This document shows, piece by piece, positions 30,474 to 39,006 of a stretch of 64,000 nt of DNA. The first letter of the stretch is position 1. Each line of letters starts with the position of its first letter. Source of the stretch: Deltaproteobacteria bacterium (lineage in GTDB: Bacteria; Myxococcota; Kuafuiibacteriia; Kuafuiibacteriales; Kuafuiibacteriaceae); NCBI GenBank assembly GCA_040218735.1, contig JAVJQW010000070.1:320001-384000 (forward strand), given 5' to 3'. Under the pieces are notes generated by a model that saw only the letters and a list, made by a program, of their open reading frames with translations, was not told the DNA's origin and searched no databases. Made by a program: the position numbers and the translations under genes.

Positions 30474-31130
30474 ATGTTACGCAGCGCAGAACGAATTCTC
30501 GAAGTATTCGACACGACCACGCGCACGAGCGCGCTCCCTTCGGTGTTGGGGGTGCGACCGTTCACGAAGTGCCGGCCCGTCGCGACAGCGAACGGCGTGC
30601 TCCGGCTCGAAGCGCCCAACGCCGCCGCGCGTCTGTTCGACGCCGACGGGGTGCGCATCTTCCGCGGACACTCCGTCGGACGCTGCGTCGCGGTCGAGGG
30701 TCGGTACCGGCGTGAGAACGGTGCGTGGGTCGAGATCGAGACGCTCGTGTTCGAGTACGCCGACCCCGACGCGCTCGCGCGCCGCGCGATGCCGATGCGC
30801 AGGCTGTCGACGGTGACGCGCGCCGACGGCTCGACGCTCACGTCGACCGTCGTGCGGACGGCGTGCCCCGAGCAAGACGAAGAGCGCCTCGTGCGTCAGA
30901 CGTGTTTGCGCGGCGTCGACCGCTCGCGCGTCGAGGAGGAGGAGTCGATCCTCCGGGTGCAGGATCGCTCGCGCTACGACCTGCTGCGGCACGAGTTCGA
31001 CCCGGCGAAGAACGCGAAGAAGTCGCTCGAGTATCGCTACCCCTGGCTACCCCACGCGTTCTACGAGCGCGTCTACGCGAAGCTCGTCGATTTCGCGATG
31101 TCGACGGACGCGTGGGCCACGGCCGTGTGA
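30474..31130 (+). CDS. Hypothetical protein
   Basis: 218-aa ORF filling the gap between the EAL gene and udk; no motif recognised. Confidence 0.55.
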   Translation: MLRSAERILEVFDTTTRTSALPSVLGVRPFTKCRPVATANGVLRLEAPNAAARLFDADGVRIFRGHSVGRCVAVEGRYRRENGAWVEIETLVFEYADPDALARRAMPMRRLSTVTRADGSTLTSTVVRTACPEQDEERLVRQTCLRGVDRSRVEEEESILRVQDRSRYDLLRHEFDPAKNAKKSLEYRYPWLPHAFYERVYAKLVDFAMSTDAWATAV

Positions 31131-31146
31131 TAGACCAGCCGGCGTC

Positions 31147-31776
31147 TTGAGCAAGCCGCTGCTGTTGGGAATCGCCGGTGGGACCGGCTCGGGCAAGACG
31201 ACGATCGCCACCGCGATCGTCGAAGCCATCGCACCGCGGTGCGTGCGCCTCGACCACGACTCGTACTACGCGGACCTGTCGCACCTCCCGTTCGAGGAGC
31301 GCACGCAGGTCAACTTCGACCACCCCGACGCGCTCGACAACGACCTCCTCGTCGAACACATCCAGGCGCTGGCCGACTACCGGCGCGTCGAAAAGCCGAT
31401 CTACGACTTCACGAAACACGTCCGCACGGAGGAGACGACGCCGATCGAGCCGGCGCCCGTGGTCGTCGTGGAGGGCATCCTCACGCTCGCGATCCCGAAG
31501 CTACGCGAGCTGTTCGACGTCCGCATCTTCGTCGACACCGACGCCGACATCCGGCTCATCCGAAGGATCCGCCGCGACATCGAGCAGCGCGGAAGATCGT
31601 TCTCCGACGTGCGCCAGCAGTACTACGGCACCGTGCGCCCGATGCACTTGGCGTTCGTGGAGCCGTCGAAGCGGTACGCGGACATCATCATCCCGGAGGG
31701 CGGGGAGAACCGGATCGCGATCGACTTCGTGGTGGGGAGGATTCGGCACTTCCTGTCCGAGACGGTGGACCTGTAG
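31147..31776 (+). CDS. udk: Uridine kinase
   Basis: GIAGGTGSGKTT, DSYY, NFDHPDA, RRIRRDIEQRGRS, FVEPSKRYAD. Confidence 0.95.
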   Translation: MSKPLLLGIAGGTGSGKTTIATAIVEAIAPRCVRLDHDSYYADLSHLPFEERTQVNFDHPDALDNDLLVEHIQALADYRRVEKPIYDFTKHVRTEETTPIEPAPVVVVEGILTLAIPKLRELFDVRIFVDTDADIRLIRRIRRDIEQRGRSFSDVRQQYYGTVRPMHLAFVEPSKRYADIIIPEGGENRIAIDFVVGRIRHFLSETVDL

Positions 31777-31786
31777 CCGGCCTCAG

Positions 31787-31975
31787 ACCCTTGAACTTGA
31801 ACTTGCCCGTTCCCTTGCCCTGATTGCAGGGCCGAATTCATGGCGGTGCGAGGCGAACCGGGGCAACGGATCGGTTCGGGCAAGGGTTCGCCGTTGCCCA
31901 GGGCCCGTTAGGGATGCGCCAGGAACCCTTGCCCTGCAAGAGGGCAAGGGAACGGGCAAGTTCAAGTTCAAGGGT
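31787..31975. repeat. Intergenic inverted-repeat element with perfect 35-bp terminal arms made of hexamer repeats
   Basis: ACCCTTGAACTTGAACTTGCCCGTTCCCTTGCCCT (31787-31821) is the exact reverse complement of 31941-31975. Confidence 0.92.
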
Positions 31976-31999
31976 TGGCCGGGGTGGTGCGGGAATCTT

Positions 32000-32764
32000 C
32001 TAGAACGCGAGCCCGCCATCCACATCGATCGTGCGGCAGTTGAAGTACTCGCACTCGATGATGAACTGCACCGCGCGCCAGATATCCTCCGGCTCGCCGA
32101 TGCGGCCCACCGGGATCGCGGCGACGAGCGCGTCGCGCGCCTTCTGGTTCATGCCCTGGGTCATCGGCGTCTCGATCATGCCGGGTGCGACGGCGCCGCA
32201 GCGGATGCCGTAGCGCGCGAACTCGTGGCCCCACGTCTTGGTGTTGGCGGCGAGCGCGGCCTTCGCGGCGGAGTAGTTCGACTGGCCGCGGTTCCCGTAG
32301 CGGGCGACCGAGGACATGTTCACGAGCACGCCCTTCTCGCCCTTGTCGATCATCTTCGCGACGACGTCGCGCGCCATGAAGGTGGCGCCCGTCAGGTTGA
32401 CGTCGATGACCGCCTGCCACTGCGCGGCGCTCATCTTGGTGATCTCCCCGCTGTTGCGATCCTTCCGCACGAGGAGGCCGTCGCGGAGGATCCCTGCGTT
32501 GTTCACGAGGCCGGTGAGGCCGCCCATCGTCTCGTGCGCCCAGTCGACGAACGCGCCGACGTCTTCTTCGTTCGAGACGTCGAGGCGACGCGTGTGGATC
32601 GTGCCCGCGAACGCTTCGCTCTCGGACTGCAGAGAGGCGAGGCCCTCTTCGTTCACGTCGCCCACGGCGACGGTTCCGCCGGCTTCGGCGATGCGGACGG
32701 CGAAGTGGCGGCCCATGCCCTGCGCGCCGCCCGTGACGATCATCTTCGTATCAGATAGCTTCAT
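32000..32764 (-). CDS. SDR oxidoreductase, FabG-like 3-oxoacyl-ACP reductase
   Basis: TGGAQGMG, NNAGILRD, GQSNYSAAK. Confidence 0.88.
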   Translation of the reverse strand: MKLSDTKMIVTGGAQGMGRHFAVRIAEAGGTVAVGDVNEEGLASLQSESEAFAGTIHTRRLDVSNEEDVGAFVDWAHETMGGLTGLVNNAGILRDGLLVRKDRNSGEITKMSAAQWQAVIDVNLTGATFMARDVVAKMIDKGEKGVLVNMSSVARYGNRGQSNYSAAKAALAANTKTWGHEFARYGIRCGAVAPGMIETPMTQGMNQKARDALVAAIPVGRIGEPEDIWRAVQFIIECEYFNCRTIDVDGGLAF

Positions 32765-32809
32765 GGCGCCTCGCTCTTAGGCAGCGTCGAGGTCGCGAGC
32801 AAGCTCTAT

Positions 32810-33979
32810 ATGACGGACGAGAAGAAATTCGATCTGATCCCCGAGGCGGCCACCGTCGTCGAGATCAAGAAGTCGATTCCGCCCGACGCTGCGACCGTCC
32901 TGGAGAATCAGACCCCCGCACCGTCGAAACCCCCGGGCGTCATCACGGGCGTCCTGCAGCACGCGACGGAGGCGTTGCCGTCGATCGACGTCCCGCCGCA
33001 CGCCGCGCGCCAGCTCGAGCGCAGCCCCACGCCGACGCCCTCGCCCACCGAGACCACCGCGCCGCGCATCGGCGAGTACGCGCTCATCGCCCGCTTCCCC
33101 TCCAGCTCCGCGGCCGACGTGTTCCTCGGCTACAAGGTCGCGCAGTTCGGCTACATCCGCCGCGCCGTCGTGAAGTGGACGGGCTCGGACCGCGAAGACT
33201 TCCGAATGCGGCGCCAGTCGCTCCTCGACGAAGCGCGCGCGATCTCCTTCGTCGACCACCCGAACATCGTCACGCTGCTCGACGTCGCGGACACCTCGAG
33301 TGGGACTTACTTCGCAGTCGAGTACGTCGCCGGCACCGACCTGCGGCGGGTGCTCACGACGCTCGCCGAGCGCGAGGAGCGGTTGCCGTTCGAGCTGTCG
33401 TGTTTCCTCGCGTGTGAAGTGCTCCGCGGGCTCGAGTACGTGCACACCGCGCGCGGCGCCGACGGCCAGCCGCTCGACATCGTGCACCGCGACGTGAACC
33501 CGTCGAACGTCCTCGTGTCCGAGGACGGGCACGTGAAGCTCACCGACTTCGGCACGGTGCTGATGCAAGGCCGCATGCAGGACGCCACCGCACCCGGGAT
33601 GGTGAAGGGCAAGGTCCGCTACCTCGCGCCGGAGTACATCGCCGACCAGACGTGCACGAAGAGCGTCGACCTCTACAGCGTCGGCGCGATGCTCTTCGAG
33701 ATGGTCACGGGACGACCGTGTTTCTCCGGGAACACCAACGCGTCGATCATGATGCGGATCGTCCGCGACGGGCTGCCGTACCAGGAGCTCGTGGACGCCA
33801 ACGTCCCGGAGGGGCTCGCCTCGATCGTCATGCGCGCGACGGCGCGCCACGCGGATGAGCGATACCCCACCGCCACGGACCTCGTGCACGCACTGGAATC
33901 GTATCTTTTGGAGTCATCCGCGTTCGTCAGTCCCTCGACCCTCGGGACGTACATGCACGCGCACGCACTCTTCGTGTGA
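32810..33979 (+). CDS. Eukaryote-like Ser/Thr protein kinase (cytoplasmic, atypical P-loop)
   Basis: VVK, DEARAI...HPNIV, HRDVNPSN, DFG, GKVRYLAPE, DLYSVG. Confidence 0.9.
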   Translation: MTDEKKFDLIPEAATVVEIKKSIPPDAATVLENQTPAPSKPPGVITGVLQHATEALPSIDVPPHAARQLERSPTPTPSPTETTAPRIGEYALIARFPSSSAADVFLGYKVAQFGYIRRAVVKWTGSDREDFRMRRQSLLDEARAISFVDHPNIVTLLDVADTSSGTYFAVEYVAGTDLRRVLTTLAEREERLPFELSCFLACEVLRGLEYVHTARGADGQPLDIVHRDVNPSNVLVSEDGHVKLTDFGTVLMQGRMQDATAPGMVKGKVRYLAPEYIADQTCTKSVDLYSVGAMLFEMVTGRPCFSGNTNASIMMRIVRDGLPYQELVDANVPEGLASIVMRATARHADERYPTATDLVHALESYLLESSAFVSPSTLGTYMHAHALFV

Positions 33980-34014
33980 CGCCCCGGTGCGTATTAAGGT
34001 ACGTACCGCAACGG

Positions 34015-34785
34015 ATGTTCGGTTTTCTCAACAGCGTGATCCGACTGTCGGTCGGGCTGGTGTTCACCGGAGTGGTGGTGCTCACGGGCGTCATCGCGCT
34101 GATCCCGATCATCCCGTGGCACGACAAGCGCATCCGTCTGTCGAACCACCTCGGCACCGTCCTCGGCAGCGGCATCATGTGGATCTCCGGCTGCAAGGTG
34201 ACGGTGCACGGGCAGGAGAACATCGTGCCCGGTCAGCCCGCGATCTTCGCCGGCAACCACACCTCGATCTTCGACGCCTTCACGTCGATCTGGCTGTCGC
34301 CGCAGGGCACGGTCGGCGTCGCGAAGAAGCAGATCATCTACTACCCATTCTACGGCGCGGCGTGGCTCCTCGCCGGTCACCTCACCGTCGACCGCAGCAA
34401 CACCGCCAACGCGAAGGCGTCCATGAAACGCATGGGTGAGTTCGTGCGCGCGAAAGGCCTGAGCCTCTTCATGTGGCCGGAGGGCACGCGCTCCCGCAAC
34501 GGACGCCTGCTCCCCTTCAAGAAGGGCGTCGTCCACCTCGCGCTGCAGACCGGCCTGCCGATCGTCCCGATGGTCACCGCCGGCGCGCACCGCGCGTGGA
34601 AGAAGGCGACGCTGTTCACGCTGCGGAGTGTCCCGATCGACATCACGTTCCTGCCCGCGATCGACACGTCGGGGTGGACCGAGGAGCGGATGGAGGAGCA
34701 CCTCGAAGAGCTGCGCGCGGTGATCGCCGCGGCGCTTCCGAGCGAGCAGCGCCCCGCGGACCCGGTCGAGCTCGCCGCGGCATAG
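34015..34785 (+). CDS. plsC: 1-acyl-sn-glycerol-3-phosphate acyltransferase
   Basis: NHTSIFD (HX4D), WPEGTRS, LPFKKG. Confidence 0.85.
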   Translation: MFGFLNSVIRLSVGLVFTGVVVLTGVIALIPIIPWHDKRIRLSNHLGTVLGSGIMWISGCKVTVHGQENIVPGQPAIFAGNHTSIFDAFTSIWLSPQGTVGVAKKQIIYYPFYGAAWLLAGHLTVDRSNTANAKASMKRMGEFVRAKGLSLFMWPEGTRSRNGRLLPFKKGVVHLALQTGLPIVPMVTAGAHRAWKKATLFTLRSVPIDITFLPAIDTSGWTEERMEEHLEELRAVIAAALPSEQRPADPVELAAA

Positions 34786-34792
34786 CTCTTCG

Positions 34793-35686
34793 TCAGGCCA
34801 CCGGCCACGCCACCTGCGTCTTCCAATCCTTCGGATCCGGCACCTCGCCGGGGTCCGTCAGGTAGACCTCGCGCGGCGGGCCGTTCGGCTCGAGGCCTTG
34901 CTCGTGGACGTACGTCTCGAGCGCGGCGTGGGCGTCGGCGAGGCCGTCGTAGGGGCCCGTGTGGATCGTCACCGCGAGCCGTCCGGCGGGGAGCACCTCG
35001 GCCTTGGTGTCACCGTCGCCCTTCGATCCGGGAGCGACCGCGAGCCCCCCGCGCATCGTGACGAGGCCGGGGCCCCAGTGGGTGTAGAGCGTCATCGGCG
35101 GCCCCATCATCGCGATGCCGTTCTGCGTGACGTACCCGAAGACGGCCGGGAGCAGCCGGCCGAGGGTCTCGGCGATCGCCGCGTGCGGGCACGACGCCTC
35201 CTGGTAGAGGACGGTCATCTCGGGCGCGTCCTGCAGCGTGATGTCGTAGTTCATGGTTCGTTCCTTTCGAGGTTCTAGGGGGGTGCGGAAGAGTCCGATG
35301 CACGGTCCGACGTGCAGGAGGAGCTCGGCGTGACGGACGGCGTCGGCGAGGCCGGACCGCACGGCGTCGCGGCGGAACGCGCTCGGTGACTTGTCGAAGT
35401 GCGCGGCGAAGGCGCGCGTGAATCCTTCGTGACTCTCGAACCCGGATTCGAGCGCGACGTCGAGCACCGAGTCCTCACGCGTCAGGAGCAGGACCGCAGC
35501 ACACTCGAGCTGAAGCCGGCGCGTGTACTGCTTCGGGCTCTCCTTCACGACGCGCGCGAACGCACGTTGTGTGTAAGAAGCCGAGCGCCCGACCTGGTCC
35601 GCGATCGACGCCAAAGAGCGCCGCTCGCCCCGCGCGTGACTCAGCTCGGCGAGCAGCGGCAGCCAGGTCTCGATCGTGTCCGCCAC
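34793..35686 (-). CDS. AraC-family regulator with C-terminal GyrI-like effector-binding domain
   Basis: VALESGFESHEGFTRAF HTH; HTGPYDGL and PREVYLTDP GyrI-like motifs. Confidence 0.9.
   Translation of the reverse strand: MADTIETWLPLLAELSHARGERRSLASIADQVGRSASYTQRAFARVVKESPKQYTRRLQLECAAVLLLTREDSVLDVALESGFESHEGFTRAFAAHFDKSPSAFRRDAVRSGLADAVRHAELLLHVGPCIGLFRTPLEPRKERTMNYDITLQDAPEMTVLYQEASCPHAAIAETLGRLLPAVFGYVTQNGIAMMGPPMTLYTHWGPGLVTMRGGLAVAPGSKGDGDTKAEVLPAGRLAVTIHTGPYDGLADAHAALETYVHEQGLEPNGPPREVYLTDPGEVPDPKDWKTQVAWPVA
35252..35267 (-). promoter_or_regulatory. Putative internal Shine-Dalgarno plus in-frame ATG inside the AraC-GyrI gene
   Basis: Minus strand AAAGGA-ACGAACC-ATG at the domain boundary, near-identical to the aceA RBS. 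Confidence 0.65.
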
Positions 35687-35743
35687 GAAAAAGACGCTAG
35701 CAGAGCCCGTCGGTCGCTTCTTGACCGAACTTGCACGGACCGC

Positions 35744-36772
35744 TCAACGGGGCTCGTCACGCCCGCCCCGATAGATTCGCCACAGCGCGTACAGCGCGAG
35801 GGGCACCAACACCACCGACACCGTCTGCGTCGTGGAGAACATACGCGGGTCGTCGGCGGGCCAGCGGATGAACGGGAACTCGCGCTCCGGGTCGTCGCGA
35901 ACCAGCTCGATCAGGAAGCGCACGACCGAGTACGCGAGGAAGTAACCCGCGACGATCGTGCCCGGGCGCGGCTTCTTCTTCAGGTAGATGAACAAGAGCA
36001 CGAAGCCGATCGCGAACGTGAGGAGCGACTCGTACAGCTGCGTCGGGTGGAGGTGCGGCGTCGGGTCCGTGGGGCCGATCTGCCCGAGGTACGCCATCGT
36101 GAACTGCGCGAGCGAGCCGACGGGGAAGCTCACCGCCCACGGCAGATCCGTGGGGCGCCCGTAGCAGCAGCCCGCCATGAAGCAGCCGATGCGCCCGAAG
36201 CCGTGCGTGAGCGCGACGCCCAGCGTCAGCGCGTCGAGCGCCGCGAGGCCGAGGCCGATCCGGCGGAGGTAGATGAACGCAAACGCCAACGCGCCGAGCG
36301 CGCCGCCGACGAAGGCCATGCCGCCGTCCCAGAACGTCAGCGCCGAGACCGGGTTCGCCGCGTAGTCCGACCAGTTCACGGACACGTGCAGGCCGCGCGC
36401 GCCGATCAACGCGCAGATGCCGCCGTAGACCCAGAGCGTGAGGATCTGCTCGCCGGTGAGGCCCGCACCGCGGCCGAAGTGACGCTGGATCAGAAAACAC
36501 GTCGTCATGCCGACGACGACCATCAGCCCCCACGAGCGCAGGTCGATCACCACCTCGGGCGGCAGCCGCTCGGGTGTCAGGAAGACGAGCGCCACGCCCA
36601 TCGACACGATGAAGAAACCCACCGCCTGCAGCAGCGTGACGGTGAGCTTCGCGCGGCCGTGGGTCTTCAGGCCGTCGTAGACGATGTAACCCGACAGGAC
36701 GAAGACGGCGACGAAGCCCAGCACACGCGCGGTGCCGGGGGACATCTCGAGGGTCGCGAAGACCGGATACAC
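35744..36772 (-). CDS. lgt: Prolipoprotein diacylglyceryl transferase
   Basis: GARGLHV, GGMAFVGG, GRIGCFMAGCCYG, HPTQLYE, RFLIELVRDD. Confidence 0.92.
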   Translation of the reverse strand: MYPVFATLEMSPGTARVLGFVAVFVLSGYIVYDGLKTHGRAKLTVTLLQAVGFFIVSMGVALVFLTPERLPPEVVIDLRSWGLMVVVGMTTCFLIQRHFGRGAGLTGEQILTLWVYGGICALIGARGLHVSVNWSDYAANPVSALTFWDGGMAFVGGALGALAFAFIYLRRIGLGLAALDALTLGVALTHGFGRIGCFMAGCCYGRPTDLPWAVSFPVGSLAQFTMAYLGQIGPTDPTPHLHPTQLYESLLTFAIGFVLLFIYLKKKPRPGTIVAGYFLAYSVVRFLIELVRDDPEREFPFIRWPADDPRMFSTTQTVSVVLVPLALYALWRIYRGGRDEPR

Positions 36773-36784
36773 GGGCGCGGTTTA

Positions 36785-37252
36785 TCAGGTCACGGTGCCG
36801 GCAAGTCCACCCCAGTTTGGGACCCAGCCGTTGCGCTGCGCATCGACCAGCCACCCGCCCTTCGTGTACGGCATGTAGCCGCCCTTGCCGGTCGCGTTGT
36901 GTGCGGCCGCGATCCACGTGGGGTACTTGAACCCGCCCGCAAAGCGCTGGGCCAGCGCGCCGCCGAACATCGACATCGCCATCGTCTTGTAATAACGCGG
37001 GATGTCCGCGGCGTCGGAGCGGCGGAACGGCCGCGACCCCAGCGCAAACAGGTCGTTGGAGTCGACCTCCTGCTGCCACCCGCCGCGGGTGTAGCGCGAC
37101 TCGGAGTAGGCGCGATCCATGTCGTTGGCGTTGCCCTTGAACAGGCCGTACAGCAGCCCGCCGAGCGCGCCCTGACGGCCCGTGAGCTGCGGGAACAGCA
37201 TGTCGGCCAAGAGGCCGAGCCCGCCAAACATCATTCCGCTACTGACCTGCAT
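36785..37252 (-). CDS. Hypothetical Gly-rich protein (155 aa)
   Basis: ATG 37252 (MQVSSGMMFGG); genome-like codon usage; Gly-zipper-like segments. Confidence 0.6.
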   Translation of the reverse strand: MQVSSGMMFGGLGLLADMLFPQLTGRQGALGGLLYGLFKGNANDMDRAYSESRYTRGGWQQEVDSNDLFALGSRPFRRSDAADIPRYYKTMAMSMFGGALAQRFAGGFKYPTWIAAAHNATGKGGYMPYTKGGWLVDAQRNGWVPNWGGLAGTVT

Positions 37253-37340
37253 GGAATGGTTCCCGTCGTGGGTTATCGGTGATCCTACCGAACCGTTTCG
37301 CTTTTCTCCAAACCCGCGGGCTTGGTAAGGATTTGCGTAC

Positions 37341-37844
37341 GTGATTCGCCTGATCGCCCTCGCCTCCTGCCTCCTGTTCGCGGCCCCCGCGCTCGCCGAC
37401 ACCACCGTCTACGTCGTCCGGCACGCCGAGAAGGTGAAGAAGGAGGGCGAGAAGGACCCGAACCTCACCGCCGCCGGCCAGGCCCGCGCGAAGGCCCTCG
37501 CGGGCGCCCTGCGCTCCGTGCCGCTCGCCGCGATCTACACCACCAAGTACAAGCGCAACCGCCAGACCGTCGCGCCGACCGAGGCCCGGCAGAGCAAGAA
37601 GGCCGTCGTCTACGAAGCGCACGACACCGAAGGGCTCGCGAAGCGCATCGTCGAGCAGCACCGCGGAAAGGCGGTCCTCGTGGCGGGGCACTCCAACACG
37701 GTGCCGGGGATGCTGAAGAGCCTGGGCGTGAAGACGAAGCTCACCCTCGACGAGGACGACTACGACAACCTCTTCGTCGTGCGCGTCGACGACGCCGGCC
37801 GGGTGCACCTCGTGCACCTGCACTTCGGCGTCATGACGCCGTAG
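37341..37844 (+). CDS. Secreted histidine phosphatase superfamily protein (SixA/PGM-like)
   Basis: Signal peptide ending ALA; VRHAEK, VAGHSNT. Confidence 0.88.
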   Translation: MIRLIALASCLLFAAPALADTTVYVVRHAEKVKKEGEKDPNLTAAGQARAKALAGALRSVPLAAIYTTKYKRNRQTVAPTEARQSKKAVVYEAHDTEGLAKRIVEQHRGKAVLVAGHSNTVPGMLKSLGVKTKLTLDEDDYDNLFVVRVDDAGRVHLVHLHFGVMTP

Positions 37845-37847
37845 CGA

Positions 37848-38855
37848 TCAGAACTTCGGCTCGGGCAGCGTGAACGACTCGAAGCGCGCCTTGTTGCCGC
37901 GGACCTCGACCCACAGCGCCATGCCGTAGCCGGTCTTGCCGTTCAGCATCATCCACGGGTCCGGGTTCGCGGTGCCCGCGTTCACGAAGAGCTGCTTCGC
38001 CCACTTGCCCGGCTTCACGCGACGCTTGCCGTTCAGGTTCGAGCCGCGGCCGCCGGCCTCGAGGATGTGTCCGAAGATTCCGAACTGCACCTTCGTCGCC
38101 GTGAGGAGGTCCGTCATCTGCTGGTCGCCGACGTGGTCACCGTCCGTGACGATGTCGATGCCGTGTTTGCCTTTCATCTTCGGCGGGCCGTGCGAGATGA
38201 GGATCTTCGGGCCGGGGCCCGCCTTGATCATGTCCTTGAGGACTTGGAGGTCCTTCGGCTTGTACTTCTCCGCGCCGCCGGTGTGGGCGAACGCGCGATC
38301 GTAATAGCCGGGGAGCGTGTAGAGGACGCCGTCGTCCAGCTCGATCTGCCGCACCCAGTTCCCGTTCACGAAGTTCGGGTGCTTCTGGAAGACCGCCGTC
38401 GCCGCCTGGTTGAAGAGCCCGCACGACTCGGTGTTGCCGATGGTGACGATCGTCAGGACGCCGAGGCTCGCGAGCTTCGGGAACAGCGTCTCGTCCGGGT
38501 TGATCTCCTGCGACGCGAGGTCCCCGTTCACGACGAGGACGTCGACGCCCTTCTTCTTCACCTTCGCGAACAGGCGATCGATCGCGTCGAGCGTCTCCTT
38601 GCGATCGTCCTTCGTCGCCGAGAGCACCGCGATGCGCAGGTGATCGTCCTTGTCCTTGTCGACCTGCACCAGCCGGTGCCCCTCGAGCCGGTACTTGTGG
38701 CCGCCTGCGTCGATCGAGATCGGCATGTCGAGTCGACCGGGTTTGCCCTCGCACTCGCCGCGGCGCTTCTCCGCGAACTCTTCGTAGGTCCCCTCACCCG
38801 CCCAAGCGGTCGAGGTCAGGAGGAGGAGCGCGGTGCAGGCGCTGGCGATTTTCAT
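37848..38855 (-). CDS. Secreted metallophosphoesterase-fold protein
   Basis: Signal peptide from ATG 38855; VNGDL, IGNTE, SHGPP, FGHILE (partly degenerate calcineurin-like motifs). Confidence 0.7.
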   Translation of the reverse strand: MKIASACTALLLLTSTAWAGEGTYEEFAEKRRGECEGKPGRLDMPISIDAGGHKYRLEGHRLVQVDKDKDDHLRIAVLSATKDDRKETLDAIDRLFAKVKKKGVDVLVVNGDLASQEINPDETLFPKLASLGVLTIVTIGNTESCGLFNQAATAVFQKHPNFVNGNWVRQIELDDGVLYTLPGYYDRAFAHTGGAEKYKPKDLQVLKDMIKAGPGPKILISHGPPKMKGKHGIDIVTDGDHVGDQQMTDLLTATKVQFGIFGHILEAGGRGSNLNGKRRVKPGKWAKQLFVNAGTANPDPWMMLNGKTGYGMALWVEVRGNKARFESFTLPEPKF

Positions 38856-39006
38856 CGGTGGGGAGGCTATCACTTTTGAGTCCACGGCCCATCGGGCCCG
38901 CGACGCGCGAGGCGTCGTCGATGGAAACGGACGTCGGCGGCGGACCTTGAGCGACATTCGCTCCTCGGACGGTACACGCGGCCGGCGCATTCACGCGCGG
39001 TCTCCT

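Noticed and set aside
31623-32025. Small ORFs with LNLNLPVPLP or QGNGQVQVQG repeats
   Set aside because: These are translations of the non-coding hexamer inverted repeat.
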